64,000 nucleotides of DNA. Source: an uncultured Candidatus Saccharibacteria bacterium (GTDB lineage: Bacteria > Patescibacteriota > Minisyncoccia > Phycocordibacterales > CAIZLB01). Under the pieces are notes generated by a model that saw only the letters and a program-made list of their open reading frames with translations, made no database searches and was not told the DNA's origin. Numbering within the stretch: the first letter of the stretch is position 1; every line of letters begins with the position of its first letter. This document shows positions 19,003-28,839 of this stretch, piece by piece. The stretch spans positions 9,429 through 73,428 of the forward strand of contig CAYXQC010000004.1 in the NCBI GenBank assembly GCA_964467385.1, written 5' to 3'. Position numbers and translations under genes: made by a program.

Positions 19003-19560
19003 ATGCAGAGTAAGAAACACATTGAAGAGCTAAAAAAGGACTTTCGGGAGACCTACGACTTGTACGCTGATGCACTGTTCCGTTTTTCGTACTATAAGCT
19101 TTCCGACAGGGAAAAAGCCAAGGATATTGTGCAGGACACATTCGTCCGGTTCTGGGAGTATATAGCTTCAGATGGGGAGGTTGAGAACGTAAAAGCGTTT
19201 CTCTACCGTATTGCTCACAATGCGATTATTGATAATTATCGCAAGAAAAAAGAGATCTCCCTTGATGTCCTTGAAGAAGAAGGTTTTGACCCACGCGATC
19301 ATGACATGCATCACTCTGTCTCAAGAGGTCCGGATGCTCGTAAAGCTCTCGAACTCATCAATCAACTCGATGACTCAGAGTCTGAGGTTATGCTCATGCG
19401 TTATGTAGATAGCTTATCCGTAAAAGAGATAGCTATGATCCTCGACGAACGTGAAAACACTGTTTCGGTCAAAATCCATCGAGCCTTAAAGCATCTACAG
19501 GAACTTTTTGAAGAGGTTTCCTTTAACTCTGCTACGAAGGTACCTTCGCAAGAACAATGA
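19003..19560 (+). CDS. ECF-type RNA polymerase sigma factor (sigma-70 regions 2 and 4)
   Basis: Region 2 DIVQDTFVRFWEY and a region-4 HTH (LSVKEIAMILDERENTVSVKIHRALKHL). Confidence 0.8.
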   Translation: MQSKKHIEELKKDFRETYDLYADALFRFSYYKLSDREKAKDIVQDTFVRFWEYIASDGEVENVKAFLYRIAHNAIIDNYRKKKEISLDVLEEEGFDPRDHDMHHSVSRGPDARKALELINQLDDSESEVMLMRYVDSLSVKEIAMILDERENTVSVKIHRALKHLQELFEEVSFNSATKVPSQEQ

Positions 19561-20855
19561 AACAAAACACATTTTATAAAGCAATACATGGTCTAAAGAA
19601 GATCAACATGACAGCTGATGAGAAATCAGCGGTCTTTCATCGTGCTTGGTCGGTTATCGAATCTATTGAAGCTACACATAATCTTTCACTAAACAAAGGG
19701 CGAGTAGCTAAGCTTCCTGCGGTAGCTGGTGCTCAAAACCAGTCAGTTAAAAGCACATTTGTATCAGTTTGGTCACATTATTTTTCACAAAAAAAGTTCG
19801 TGCCAGCACTCTCGCTTGCTATCCTTCTTATGGCAACGGGTGGCGTTTCTCTAGCTGCAGAGGAGTCACTTCCAGGTCAACTTTTGTACCCAGTTAAGAT
19901 CAATATAAATGAAGCAGTCCGAGGCTTTACAGCTCTTACACCGGAGGCAAAAGCTCGTTTTGCTCTCGAAATCACTGATCGACGTCTCAAAGAAGTAGCT
20001 CTTCTTTCATCAAAAGGTATGTTAAATGCAGAAACAAGCGCAGTTATTCAAGGTCAACTCGTCAAACAGGCTGGTCAGATCAAAAACCAGGTTGCTTCTC
20101 TTGTTTCTACAAAAAACATTCGCGCAGCACAGGAAATCAGCGTAAACTTCGAGTCGTCACTTCGAGCGCATGAGCTTATTCTCGAAAAAATTTCAACAAA
20201 ACAAGATCAGGATGAAGCAGACAATGAAGATATTGTGAATAATGATTCAACAAGGCTCGCCAGTGCGTCATCTTCTGCTAGTTCAACAGCTACAATCATG
20301 GCGCTTCGTGCGAACATGAGTGATACTAAAGCTCATATTAACTCTATTATCGCCACTTTAAAACTTCAGCTTGCAACTACAACTGAAACTAGGGCCAATC
20401 TCCAAGAAGAAGAAGTTAAGACTGAAAATCTTGATAAAGAAACTATTCTTGCGAGACTTGCCGAACTCAAGCTCCGAGCACTTGAGATCAAAAAAATAGC
20501 AAGCACTACACCTATTGCATCAGTTCTCCGAGCTTCTACCTCATTTGGTTATATCTTCCAGAGCGATCTCCTTATAACTTCTGCAAATACAAAGATAGGC
20601 ACAGCAGAATATGCTGCCGCTCTTACAGATCTCCAGAAGGCTACACAGTATCTAACAGATGCTGAGATTCTTATGACTGCAGATGACCTTACCAAGGATC
20701 CAGCTCTTAGAGAGGTGATCAATGAAGCTCTTTCAACAACAAGCTTCACAAGCGTACTTCCTACTATTCAGGCTACGAGTACGGCAACTACTACGATAGG
20801 TACCGAAACTGGCACAACAACAGTCGCAACATCGAGTGCTGCAAGTGTACAGTAG
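19557..20855 (+). CDS. putative anti-sigma factor / membrane-anchored coiled-coil protein
   Basis: ATGA start/stop overlap with the sigma gene. Single TM segment (FVPALSLAILLMATGGVSLAA) then a long helical extracytoplasmic domain. Confidence 0.5.
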   Translation: MKQNTFYKAIHGLKKINMTADEKSAVFHRAWSVIESIEATHNLSLNKGRVAKLPAVAGAQNQSVKSTFVSVWSHYFSQKKFVPALSLAILLMATGGVSLAAEESLPGQLLYPVKININEAVRGFTALTPEAKARFALEITDRRLKEVALLSSKGMLNAETSAVIQGQLVKQAGQIKNQVASLVSTKNIRAAQEISVNFESSLRAHELILEKISTKQDQDEADNEDIVNNDSTRLASASSSASSTATIMALRANMSDTKAHINSIIATLKLQLATTTETRANLQEEEVKTENLDKETILARLAELKLRALEIKKIASTTPIASVLRASTSFGYIFQSDLLITSANTKIGTAEYAAALTDLQKATQYLTDAEILMTADDLTKDPALREVINEALSTTSFTSVLPTIQATSTATTTIGTETGTTTVATSSAASVQ

Positions 20856-20871
20856 GTAGCATTTCTAAAAA

Positions 20872-22104
20872 TTGGATATAATACGTCCCATGAAAGGGGT
20901 GTCTAAAAAACATACCGAAGTGTCTAAACAGGAGGCTGTGCGGTATTTTGTGTTGTTTGGGATAACAGGGGACTTAGCTAAGCAAAAAATAATTCCTGCT
21001 TTATTTGAGTTATGGCAAAAAAAAGAGTTTGGTACTGATACTGTAGAATTCGTCGCATTTGGTAGAAAAAGTTTCAGTACGACAGAGTTCATTGATTTTA
21101 TTACTAAGTGTCTAGGTAAAATAAAGGTGACAGAAAAAGAAAAAAAAGCATTCGCTACAAGTTGGACATACATTCAATCTGAACTGAGTGATAGTAAAGG
21201 CTATAAGAATTTGAAGAAAAAGCTTGCAAACAAATTTGCGCCAATTGTATACATCTCTCTACCACCACAACTACACCTTCAAGTGTGTGACAATATAATA
21301 AAGCAAAAAATAGTAACCAAAAAAAATGCTGCTAAGTTAATGCTTGAAAAACCCTATGGGTATGATGCAAAATCTGCAACTATGCTCGAAAAAAAACTCA
21401 TACTTTCACTTCGTCAGGATCAGATTCTCCGTGTCGATCATTATGCCGGCAAACAAGCTCTAATTGAGTTTGAAAATCAAGCAAGACAAGGTGTGATTCC
21501 TTTTGAGCTAAGTGCAAAATCGGTCCAAAAAATAACATTCAATTTCTTGGAGACTAACGATGTTGCTGAAAGGGGTGCTTTTTATGACAAAGTCGGTGCG
21601 CTTCGTGATGTATTTCAAAACCATTTGCTTCATGAATTTGCATCTATAACTGCATTCCCTTTTTACAATCAAACTATAGATGCAAGTGAGCGAGCATTTC
21701 TTCGTGAAAGAAGCCTCAAACAATTTGAGATTGTAAAAAAACCAATTTTTAAACAGTATAAAGGGTACAAAAACACGCGAGGAGTTCAGTCAGATTCAAC
21801 AACTGAGACGTATTTTAAGATAGAAGCTCGTATGAAATCAAAATACTGGCAAGGTGTGAGATTTATTTTTGAAGGAGGGAAAGCGCAGTTAGTTGCTGAT
21901 TCGTCTATTAAAATCTATTTCAAAAAAACTGCGCGGAAGTCAGTAAATATAAATCCATACGTGATTCATATGAATGGTTATGGTGAGGATGCCTATGTTC
22001 GAGTGCTTCGTGATGCATTTGTATATGATGAAAATAGATTTATTTCATTTGAACAAGCGCGACTTGGTTGGAAGATTGTCGAGCAGATTGAGGATAATAA
22101 ATAG
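20872..22104 (+). CDS. zwf: glucose-6-phosphate 1-dehydrogenase-like
   Basis: N-terminal YFVLFGITGDLAKQKIIPALFEL (NADP-binding GxxGDLA). RVDHYAGKQ (cf. RIDHYLGKE). GALRDVFQNHLLH. Confidence 0.6.
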   Translation: MDIIRPMKGVSKKHTEVSKQEAVRYFVLFGITGDLAKQKIIPALFELWQKKEFGTDTVEFVAFGRKSFSTTEFIDFITKCLGKIKVTEKEKKAFATSWTYIQSELSDSKGYKNLKKKLANKFAPIVYISLPPQLHLQVCDNIIKQKIVTKKNAAKLMLEKPYGYDAKSATMLEKKLILSLRQDQILRVDHYAGKQALIEFENQARQGVIPFELSAKSVQKITFNFLETNDVAERGAFYDKVGALRDVFQNHLLHEFASITAFPFYNQTIDASERAFLRERSLKQFEIVKKPIFKQYKGYKNTRGVQSDSTTETYFKIEARMKSKYWQGVRFIFEGGKAQLVADSSIKIYFKKTARKSVNINPYVIHMNGYGEDAYVRVLRDAFVYDENRFISFEQARLGWKIVEQIEDNK

Positions 22105-22190
22105 CATCTTCAAAAAAGGTTTCCATAAAGAACCTTCCTACAATCCACAAAAATCCTAAAAAACGGCCTACAATATAGTATACTCAAGCG

Positions 22191-23759
22191 ATGGAACAAA
22201 TCGGAATTCAACTTTTCATTCACAATCTTGGTTATCTTGCGTCAGCCTGCCTCAGCCTGGTACTTGCTGTGCTTATTTTTTTTAGAGGAAAAACACGACT
22301 TCAAAACATTCTCTTTACTCTCACTAGTTTTACATTTATCGGCTACATCTTATTTTATCTTGAAGGTGTAAATGCTCGGAATTCCTACGCGGCACACTTT
22401 TTCTTTTCATGTACGATGATTCTGATTGTGACTGTCTGTTTAAATGCACATCTGGCTTTTGCAATGTTTAGAAAAGTAAAAGAGCAAAAAAATGCACTCA
22501 TTGTCATGTATGTTCTGGCGGCACTTATCATGATATTTCTTGGTGCAGACACTTCACGGTATCTCGCACATCCAGCTGCTTACGGTTTCTTGCCAAATTT
22601 CTTTGTTCCAGGTCCATATTATTGGCTTTTTGCTTCGTATTTCATTATTGTCACCGCATACTTTTTTGGATGCATCGGTATGTGGTATTTCAAGGCTGAA
22701 CCTGCTGAGAAAAATCGGATGAAATATTTTTTAGTGGCATTTGGCTGGGCCTATGCGATTGGTTTCAGTATTTTTGGATCAATCTTCGGTCTATATGATA
22801 TTAATATGTTGTATACGTCGATCATCGGGCTTTATGTGATTCCGCTTGCATACGGTGTGTTTAAATATGATGTAATTGATATTCATGTGGCTGCTAAAAA
22901 TGCACTTCTTTATGCGCTGTATTCCTTTTTTGTTGGAGGGGCGATTGTATTTGCAAATATTCTTAACGACTATCTAACTAGTCACTATATTGGTTTTCCG
23001 AACTGGATTCTGCCGTTTGCATCAGGACTCTTTGTGGTATTTGTAAGCTGGGTCGTATGGCGTCAGATCCGCGAGTCAGATATTTTAAAATATGAATTCA
23101 TAAACAATATTAGTCACAAGTTCCGTACACCTCTCACACATATTCGGTGGCTTGCAGAAGACCTTCGTGAAGTCGGTACAAAAGAAGAGCGTGACAAAGC
23201 GGTAGAACAGATCCAATACGCAAGCATGCGACTTTTTGAGCTTACAAATATCGTGATAGATGCATCTCAAAACAATAACGACCTCTACCTGTATCATTTT
23301 ACAAGTACAGATGTTTCTGAAATTGTCCACGAGATTCACACCGCTCATCTTGATCAGGTTAAACATAAGAAGCTAAAGGTGCATATCGATATTGGACCTG
23401 ATATTCCAAAAATAAAGGCGGATAAGACTCGATTACAGTTTGCACTTCAGATTCTCTACGAAAATGCACTTATTTACACCCCTGATTCAGGTGAAATTGA
23501 TATCAAGCTGCGACAAATTGGTGGGGAAGTTATTGTAACTATTCGAGACACAGGTATCGGTATTCCAAGTGATGCGTTGCCTCATGTATTTTCAAAGTTC
23601 TACAGAAGTAGAAACGCACGACACACTGACACTGAGGGAATGGGTGTTGGACTTTTCATGGCAAAAGATATCGTTGAGAAACACAACGGAAGAATCTGGG
23701 CTGAATCATACGGTGAAAATAAAGGTGCAACGTTTAGTGTAGCTTTCTTGATTGAATAA
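22191..23759 (+). CDS. sensor histidine kinase (polytopic N-terminal membrane domain, HisKA, HATPase_c), paralog 1
   Basis: FINNISHKFRTPLTHIRWLAEDL (H-box). DTGIGIP, GMGVGLFMAKDIVEKHNGRIWAES (G boxes). No adjacent response regulator. Confidence 0.8.
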   Translation: MEQIGIQLFIHNLGYLASACLSLVLAVLIFFRGKTRLQNILFTLTSFTFIGYILFYLEGVNARNSYAAHFFFSCTMILIVTVCLNAHLAFAMFRKVKEQKNALIVMYVLAALIMIFLGADTSRYLAHPAAYGFLPNFFVPGPYYWLFASYFIIVTAYFFGCIGMWYFKAEPAEKNRMKYFLVAFGWAYAIGFSIFGSIFGLYDINMLYTSIIGLYVIPLAYGVFKYDVIDIHVAAKNALLYALYSFFVGGAIVFANILNDYLTSHYIGFPNWILPFASGLFVVFVSWVVWRQIRESDILKYEFINNISHKFRTPLTHIRWLAEDLREVGTKEERDKAVEQIQYASMRLFELTNIVIDASQNNNDLYLYHFTSTDVSEIVHEIHTAHLDQVKHKKLKVHIDIGPDIPKIKADKTRLQFALQILYENALIYTPDSGEIDIKLRQIGGEVIVTIRDTGIGIPSDALPHVFSKFYRSRNARHTDTEGMGVGLFMAKDIVEKHNGRIWAESYGENKGATFSVAFLIE

Positions 23760-23797
23760 GTATGTTGAGTTGCAAGGCTAAGTGCGCGATAATGTAA

Positions 23798-25378
23798 TTG
23801 ATGGCGATCGAACTTTTGATTCATAACTTCGGATATATTTGCTCTGCGCTTATAACCATAGCGCTTGGACTCTTCATTCTCCTGAAAGATCCTAAAAAGC
23901 GCACCTACCAATTATTCTTTTTAAGCACAGTTTCATATGTTCTCTATGCTATTGCTTATGTACTATCTGTAAATATTGAAGATTCTGGCGTAGCAAGTGT
24001 TTTTGCATTCTTAATGGTTATTGCCGCAACTATTCCGTGCTTTCATGCCCATCTAGCATTTGCTACGTTTGGTATTGAGAAAGAACACAAGCGTGGACTG
24101 ACGGTTATGTATTCATGCTTTGCCGCTGTCTTCGCTTTTTTTATTGCAAATCCTTATGGGCTTCGACTTCAATCGATTCCAAAAGCATATTTCCCAAATT
24201 TTTTTCAACCTGGGCCGTACTACTGGATTTATTTTTTGTTTTTCTTTGGTGTGCTGGCGTACTACTACACAGTGCTTATAAAATACTATAAAAAAGCTGA
24301 CAAGCACGAGCAAAATCGTCTCAAATATTATTTTGCAGGATTTACTTGGGCATATGTCTGGTCACTTCCAATTTACATGCTTATCTGGAATATTCCTGGG
24401 GCAGGGTATTTGATGGTTTTTACGCCTCTTTTGGGTCTTTATACTTTACCGCTTGCATATGGGGTATATAAATATGATTTACTCAATATCAATATAGCCA
24501 TAAAAAACGCCTTACTATATGGGTTTTTTGTAGTTTTTGTTGGTGGTTCAGTTATTTTGATTAATGCGTTAAATGGCTTTTTGACAAAAACATACAATAA
24601 GTTCCCAATATGGATTGTACCGGTGAGTTCCGTGTTCCTCGTACTTCTAGTGAGTGTAATCGTATGGAATCAACTCCGTCAGGCAGATTTACTTAAATAT
24701 GAATTCATAAACAATATTAGTCACAAGTTCCGTACACCTCTCACGCATATTCGGTGGTTGGCGAGTGAGCTGAAAGGTATGAATGATCCGATTGAAAGAG
24801 AGCGAGCTGGTGCAAAGATCGACTTTGCCAGCATGAGACTTTTTGAACTTACAAACGCTGTGATCAACGCGTCGCGCGATGTGAATCCTTCGGTATACAG
24901 ATTCGCGAGCGTGAAAATTCATGATTTGATTGCTGATATTCGCAAAGCTCACGAGGATCAGGTTGAAGCAAAGCGCATGAATGTTGAATTTAAGTTCGAC
25001 AATTCCGTGATGGATGATTTTGTTTTGCGTGCCGATCGTGCTCGGCTACAGTTTGCGTTGCAGATTCTGTATGAAAACGCCTTGATGTATACGCCAGCTG
25101 GTGGTCATGTGACAGTTTCCGTTTCGGCTCAAAGTTCTCAAAAAGAAATTGTCATTACATTTAAAGATGATGGAATCGGTATCAAAGACTCAGATATCTC
25201 GCATGTATTTTCACGATTCTTTCGAGCTATTAATGCAAGACGTACAGACACAGAAGGTATGGGACTTGGCTTGTTCATTGCTAAAGATATTATCGAAAAG
25301 CACGGTGGGAGAATCTGGGCTGAATCTGATGGAGAGAATAAAGGGTCCACGTTTAGTGTGGCTTTGCAGATGGGTTAG
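23798..25378 (+). CDS. sensor histidine kinase, tandem paralog 2
   Basis: Same architecture and a near-identical H-box (FINNISHKFRTPLTHIRWLASEL) as the upstream kinase. Confidence 0.8.
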   Translation: MMAIELLIHNFGYICSALITIALGLFILLKDPKKRTYQLFFLSTVSYVLYAIAYVLSVNIEDSGVASVFAFLMVIAATIPCFHAHLAFATFGIEKEHKRGLTVMYSCFAAVFAFFIANPYGLRLQSIPKAYFPNFFQPGPYYWIYFLFFFGVLAYYYTVLIKYYKKADKHEQNRLKYYFAGFTWAYVWSLPIYMLIWNIPGAGYLMVFTPLLGLYTLPLAYGVYKYDLLNINIAIKNALLYGFFVVFVGGSVILINALNGFLTKTYNKFPIWIVPVSSVFLVLLVSVIVWNQLRQADLLKYEFINNISHKFRTPLTHIRWLASELKGMNDPIERERAGAKIDFASMRLFELTNAVINASRDVNPSVYRFASVKIHDLIADIRKAHEDQVEAKRMNVEFKFDNSVMDDFVLRADRARLQFALQILYENALMYTPAGGHVTVSVSAQSSQKEIVITFKDDGIGIKDSDISHVFSRFFRAINARRTDTEGMGLGLFIAKDIIEKHGGRIWAESDGENKGSTFSVALQMG

Positions 25379-25474
25379 TTGATGAAATATACATGCCTTT
25401 TATTTGCTAAATTTGTCTAGCGAATTACTGAGCAAATTGTGCCATATGTTTTTTTCTGCTAAACTTCACCCACT

Positions 25475-25717
25475 ATGGCATTTTTCAAAAATTTCTTAAT
25501 GAAGCAGATGATTAAAAGACAGATGAAGGGTGTTCCTGAATCTGAGCAGGAGAAGATTATTGCACTTGTTGAAAGCAATCCTGATTTTTTTCAAAATATT
25601 GCAAAAGAAGTTGAAGCTTTGACTAAACAAGGTAAAAGCCAGATGACTGCTTCTATGGAAGTGATGAGAAAGCACCAAGGTGAACTCCAGAAAATGATGA
25701 TGGGTCAAGGGAAATAG
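25475..25717 (+). CDS. hypothetical small protein (80 aa)
   Basis: Compact ORF upstream of ychF. No family recognised. Confidence 0.3.
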   Translation: MAFFKNFLMKQMIKRQMKGVPESEQEKIIALVESNPDFFQNIAKEVEALTKQGKSQMTASMEVMRKHQGELQKMMMGQGK

Positions 25718-25753
25718 CTTTATTTAGGTCTCTTTTTCTGCTAGACTCATCCA

Positions 25754-26860
25754 ATGAAACTCTCAATCGGCATCGTTGGTCTTCCAAATGTTGGTAAATC
25801 TACGCTCTTCAATGCGTTGACTAAAAAGTCTGTGCCCGCAGAAAACTATCCATTCTGTACGATTGATCCGTCAGTCGGTGTTGTAGCTGTGCCTGATGAA
25901 CGGCTCGTCAAGCTCGCTGAATTCTCAAAGTCCGCCAAAACTATTCCGGCTGTTGTTGAATTCGTGGACATTGCCGGTCTTGTAAAAGGTGCTTCTGAGG
26001 GTGAGGGTCTCGGTAACCAGTTCCTCTCACACATCCGAGAAGTAAACGCTATTGCAGAAGTTGTACGAATTTTCGAAGATCAAAATGTTATCCATGTTGA
26101 TGGAAAAATTAATCCTGTGAATGATATTCAGGTCATTAACCTCGAACTGGTGCTTGCTGACATGCAAACTGTTACGAAACGACTAGGTTCCGTTGAGCGT
26201 GACGCGAAGCGAGGCGATAAACCTGCTGTTGCTGAAAAAGGTGCACTCGAAAAAATTGCAAAAGTACTTGAAGCTGGTGAACTCGCACAGACTGCCGAGC
26301 TTACTGATGAAGAAAAAGAACGAATTCAAGGTTTGAGTCTTTTGACCATGAAGCCGATGATGTATATTTTGAATAAAAAAGCCGGGGGAACTAATCTTGA
26401 CGAACTCGATGGTGGAAGTGAGCCTCGATACAAAGCGTTAATTGAATATTTGAATGCACGAAAAGCAAAATGGGTGATCGTTGATGCAAAAGTTGAGCAC
26501 GAACTGATGTCGCTTGAAGGTGAGGAAAAGGCGATGTTTCGAGCAGAGCTCGGTGCCAAAGACGACGGTATCAATGAGCTCATTAAAACCGGCTATGATT
26601 TGTTGAACCTCCAAACATTTCTCACAACTGGGCCAGAAGAAACACGAGCATGGACAATCGAAAAAGGTTGGGCTGCACCAATGGCTGGAACTGCAATCCA
26701 CACTGATTTTAAGGATAGATTTATCCGAGCGGAAGTAATTGGTTGGAAAGATCTCCTCGATGCTGGATCATACGGTGCTGCTCGTGATAAAGGACTTGTA
26801 CGAACAGAAGGTAAGGAATACATCGTACGTGATGGTGATGTTGTGGAGTTTAAGGTCTAA
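25754..26860 (+). CDS. ychF: ribosome-binding ATPase YchF (Obg-like GTPase family, C-terminal TGS domain)
   Basis: MKLSIGIVGLPNVGKSTLFNALT. C-terminal RAWTIEKGWAAPMAGTAIHTDFKDRFIRAEVI. Confidence 0.9.
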   Translation: MKLSIGIVGLPNVGKSTLFNALTKKSVPAENYPFCTIDPSVGVVAVPDERLVKLAEFSKSAKTIPAVVEFVDIAGLVKGASEGEGLGNQFLSHIREVNAIAEVVRIFEDQNVIHVDGKINPVNDIQVINLELVLADMQTVTKRLGSVERDAKRGDKPAVAEKGALEKIAKVLEAGELAQTAELTDEEKERIQGLSLLTMKPMMYILNKKAGGTNLDELDGGSEPRYKALIEYLNARKAKWVIVDAKVEHELMSLEGEEKAMFRAELGAKDDGINELIKTGYDLLNLQTFLTTGPEETRAWTIEKGWAAPMAGTAIHTDFKDRFIRAEVIGWKDLLDAGSYGAARDKGLVRTEGKEYIVRDGDVVEFKV

Positions 26861-26931
26861 TCTGAGTCACGAACTCGTATCAAAAGCGTCTTCGTATATG
26901 CAGTTAAAAGCTGTGCTAAACTAATACTGAT

Positions 26932-27621
26932 ATGAATGGACCAAATAACCAGGCTTATAACGCGACGGGAAACGCAAATAATGTGGCTAATAACCAAACA
27001 GATAACGGAACTATTTTAGGTTTCAAGAAAGAAAATTTACCAATTGTTTTTGCACTTGCGCTACCTGTTTTTGTAGTTTGCTTTATTGGTCTACTTATTT
27101 TTGTACCAAAACTCGGACCTCGACCGATGTATGATTTTATCTTCACGGCGACGAGTGGTCGTTCGCTCCACACATCAGATGGTGCATGTACCGTTTTTTA
27201 TAATTATTATCAAATTGCACCAACTGAAGGTACATACAATCTTGTAAAAAAAGAATATCAGATTAGTGCTTTAGCAGATCAAAAGGTGATCGATCCATGT
27301 GCTAGTTATCCTCGGATGATTGAAAGTGATGCACCAGAGTTGTATTTGTATCTTGCAAAAGACGATACGGTACGACAAATTAACTTTGAAGAAGCGACGC
27401 AGTTCACATACAAGAAAGGTTTAGTTTCAGATGATGGCTATACGGTTGGTAAACGATATGTAAACCGTGGCGTGCTCGATATCTTTGGTGGAGGCGGCAC
27501 GAACAGCGGAGTTTTCGCTTCAAAGCGAAACAGGTATGTTCGACTAAATATTCCAGAGGCTCTAAGTGGTTCATACTACGATGCTGACTTCAATTTTATT
27601 GGCTGGGTAGAAGGAAAATAG
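26932..27621 (+). CDS. hypothetical membrane-anchored protein with Asn-rich N-terminus
   Basis: N-terminal low-complexity region, then TM segment LPIVFALALPVFVVCFIGLLIFV. Confidence 0.4.
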   Translation: MNGPNNQAYNATGNANNVANNQTDNGTILGFKKENLPIVFALALPVFVVCFIGLLIFVPKLGPRPMYDFIFTATSGRSLHTSDGACTVFYNYYQIAPTEGTYNLVKKEYQISALADQKVIDPCASYPRMIESDAPELYLYLAKDDTVRQINFEEATQFTYKKGLVSDDGYTVGKRYVNRGVLDIFGGGGTNSGVFASKRNRYVRLNIPEALSGSYYDADFNFIGWVEGK

Positions 27622-27690
27622 GAGATCATAGCGACGATAGAACAACGTCGCAACTATTAGGCACAAATTTATAAAAATTATCAAAAAAAC

Positions 27691-28839
27691 ATGAACAAAG
27701 AAGAACTTTTGCATGAAATACGACAATCGATGCACCGAGGTGAATTAACTTCGGAGGAGCTTTTGCTTGCAGTTGCTACACCGGTTGGTTTGGGTGACCC
27801 TGCGGAGTATCAAGCTTCAGGTGCCACGAACAAACTCTCGAGAAAGTACAATCTTCTTTCAAAAACACTCTATTTGATCGGAGGAATCGTTGTTCTCTCT
27901 GGAATTGTGACTGCAATTGCTAATAATTGGGCAAGTATTAATCCGATTGGTCATGTTGTGCTCACATGTGGACTCGGTATCAGTTTTCTTCTCGGTGCAG
28001 TCGCTCTCCATTCGGCAAAGCCACACATGCTTGTGCAGGTGTTTTATAGCTTAGCTGCAATATTAATGTTTATTGGTGGTTTTGTACTCATCGATGAACT
28101 CCAGAATGCTGGTATTGTAGTTACTGAGTTCAATACAAGTTTCATCACTCTTGTGTCAGCTGTACTTTTGGTGATTTTTGGATCACTTATGTATGGATTT
28201 AGGGAGCGTAATAAAATAGCTGGTCAAAATCCTGCAACTGTTTTGTATTTTATTGAAGCTGCACTTTTTGCCATCTTCTACTATTCAGTAGTCTTCCAGT
28301 GGATGGACAGTGTGCGAACTTCATATGGGTATGATTGGTTCTATGGTTATTACAATGACACTTTACATCAAACAGTTTCAGCCATTTTGAATCAGATATT
28401 TGCCTACACAAGTGCACTTTTTGGTGTTGGACTTATTGCACTTGCGCAAACTGATGCTATTCAGCGCGCTCGAAAAATCTGTAGTATCTTCACATTCGCC
28501 GGATATTCGCTTGTTTTGGTTCCGCTCATTATGCTCGTAGATACTGGAAATATCGCCTATGAGATCTGGACATTGCTCTATGTCTTTGTACTTACTTTGT
28601 TTGTAATTGTAAGTATTAGACTTCGAAATACTATGGGGCTCATACTGACATCACTTGCTATTGGCGCATATTGTATTAAAATCTCGGTATTGTACTTCTT
28701 TGCAGATAATCTGGGATTTCCACTGATTCTACTGGGATCAGGACTCCTGATCATGGTACTCGGATACTTCACGTATTATCTCAATAACGCATATATCAAT
28801 GGCCCAAAAACACACGAACAAAAAATCGAACACCGGTAA
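27691..28839 (+). CDS. polytopic integral membrane protein, unknown function
   Basis: About 9-10 hydrophobic segments. No catalytic motif recognised. Confidence 0.5.
   Translation: MNKEELLHEIRQSMHRGELTSEELLLAVATPVGLGDPAEYQASGATNKLSRKYNLLSKTLYLIGGIVVLSGIVTAIANNWASINPIGHVVLTCGLGISFLLGAVALHSAKPHMLVQVFYSLAAILMFIGGFVLIDELQNAGIVVTEFNTSFITLVSAVLLVIFGSLMYGFRERNKIAGQNPATVLYFIEAALFAIFYYSVVFQWMDSVRTSYGYDWFYGYYNDTLHQTVSAILNQIFAYTSALFGVGLIALAQTDAIQRARKICSIFTFAGYSLVLVPLIMLVDTGNIAYEIWTLLYVFVLTLFVIVSIRLRNTMGLILTSLAIGAYCIKISVLYFFADNLGFPLILLGSGLLIMVLGYFTYYLNNAYINGPKTHEQKIEHR

Noticed and set aside
23085-24952. Minus-strand ORFs 23085-23366 and 24689-24952 sharing the peptide RCTELVTNIVYEFIF
   Set aside because: The shared sequence is the antisense of the duplicated histidine-kinase H-box region, so the conservation derives from the + strand paralogs.
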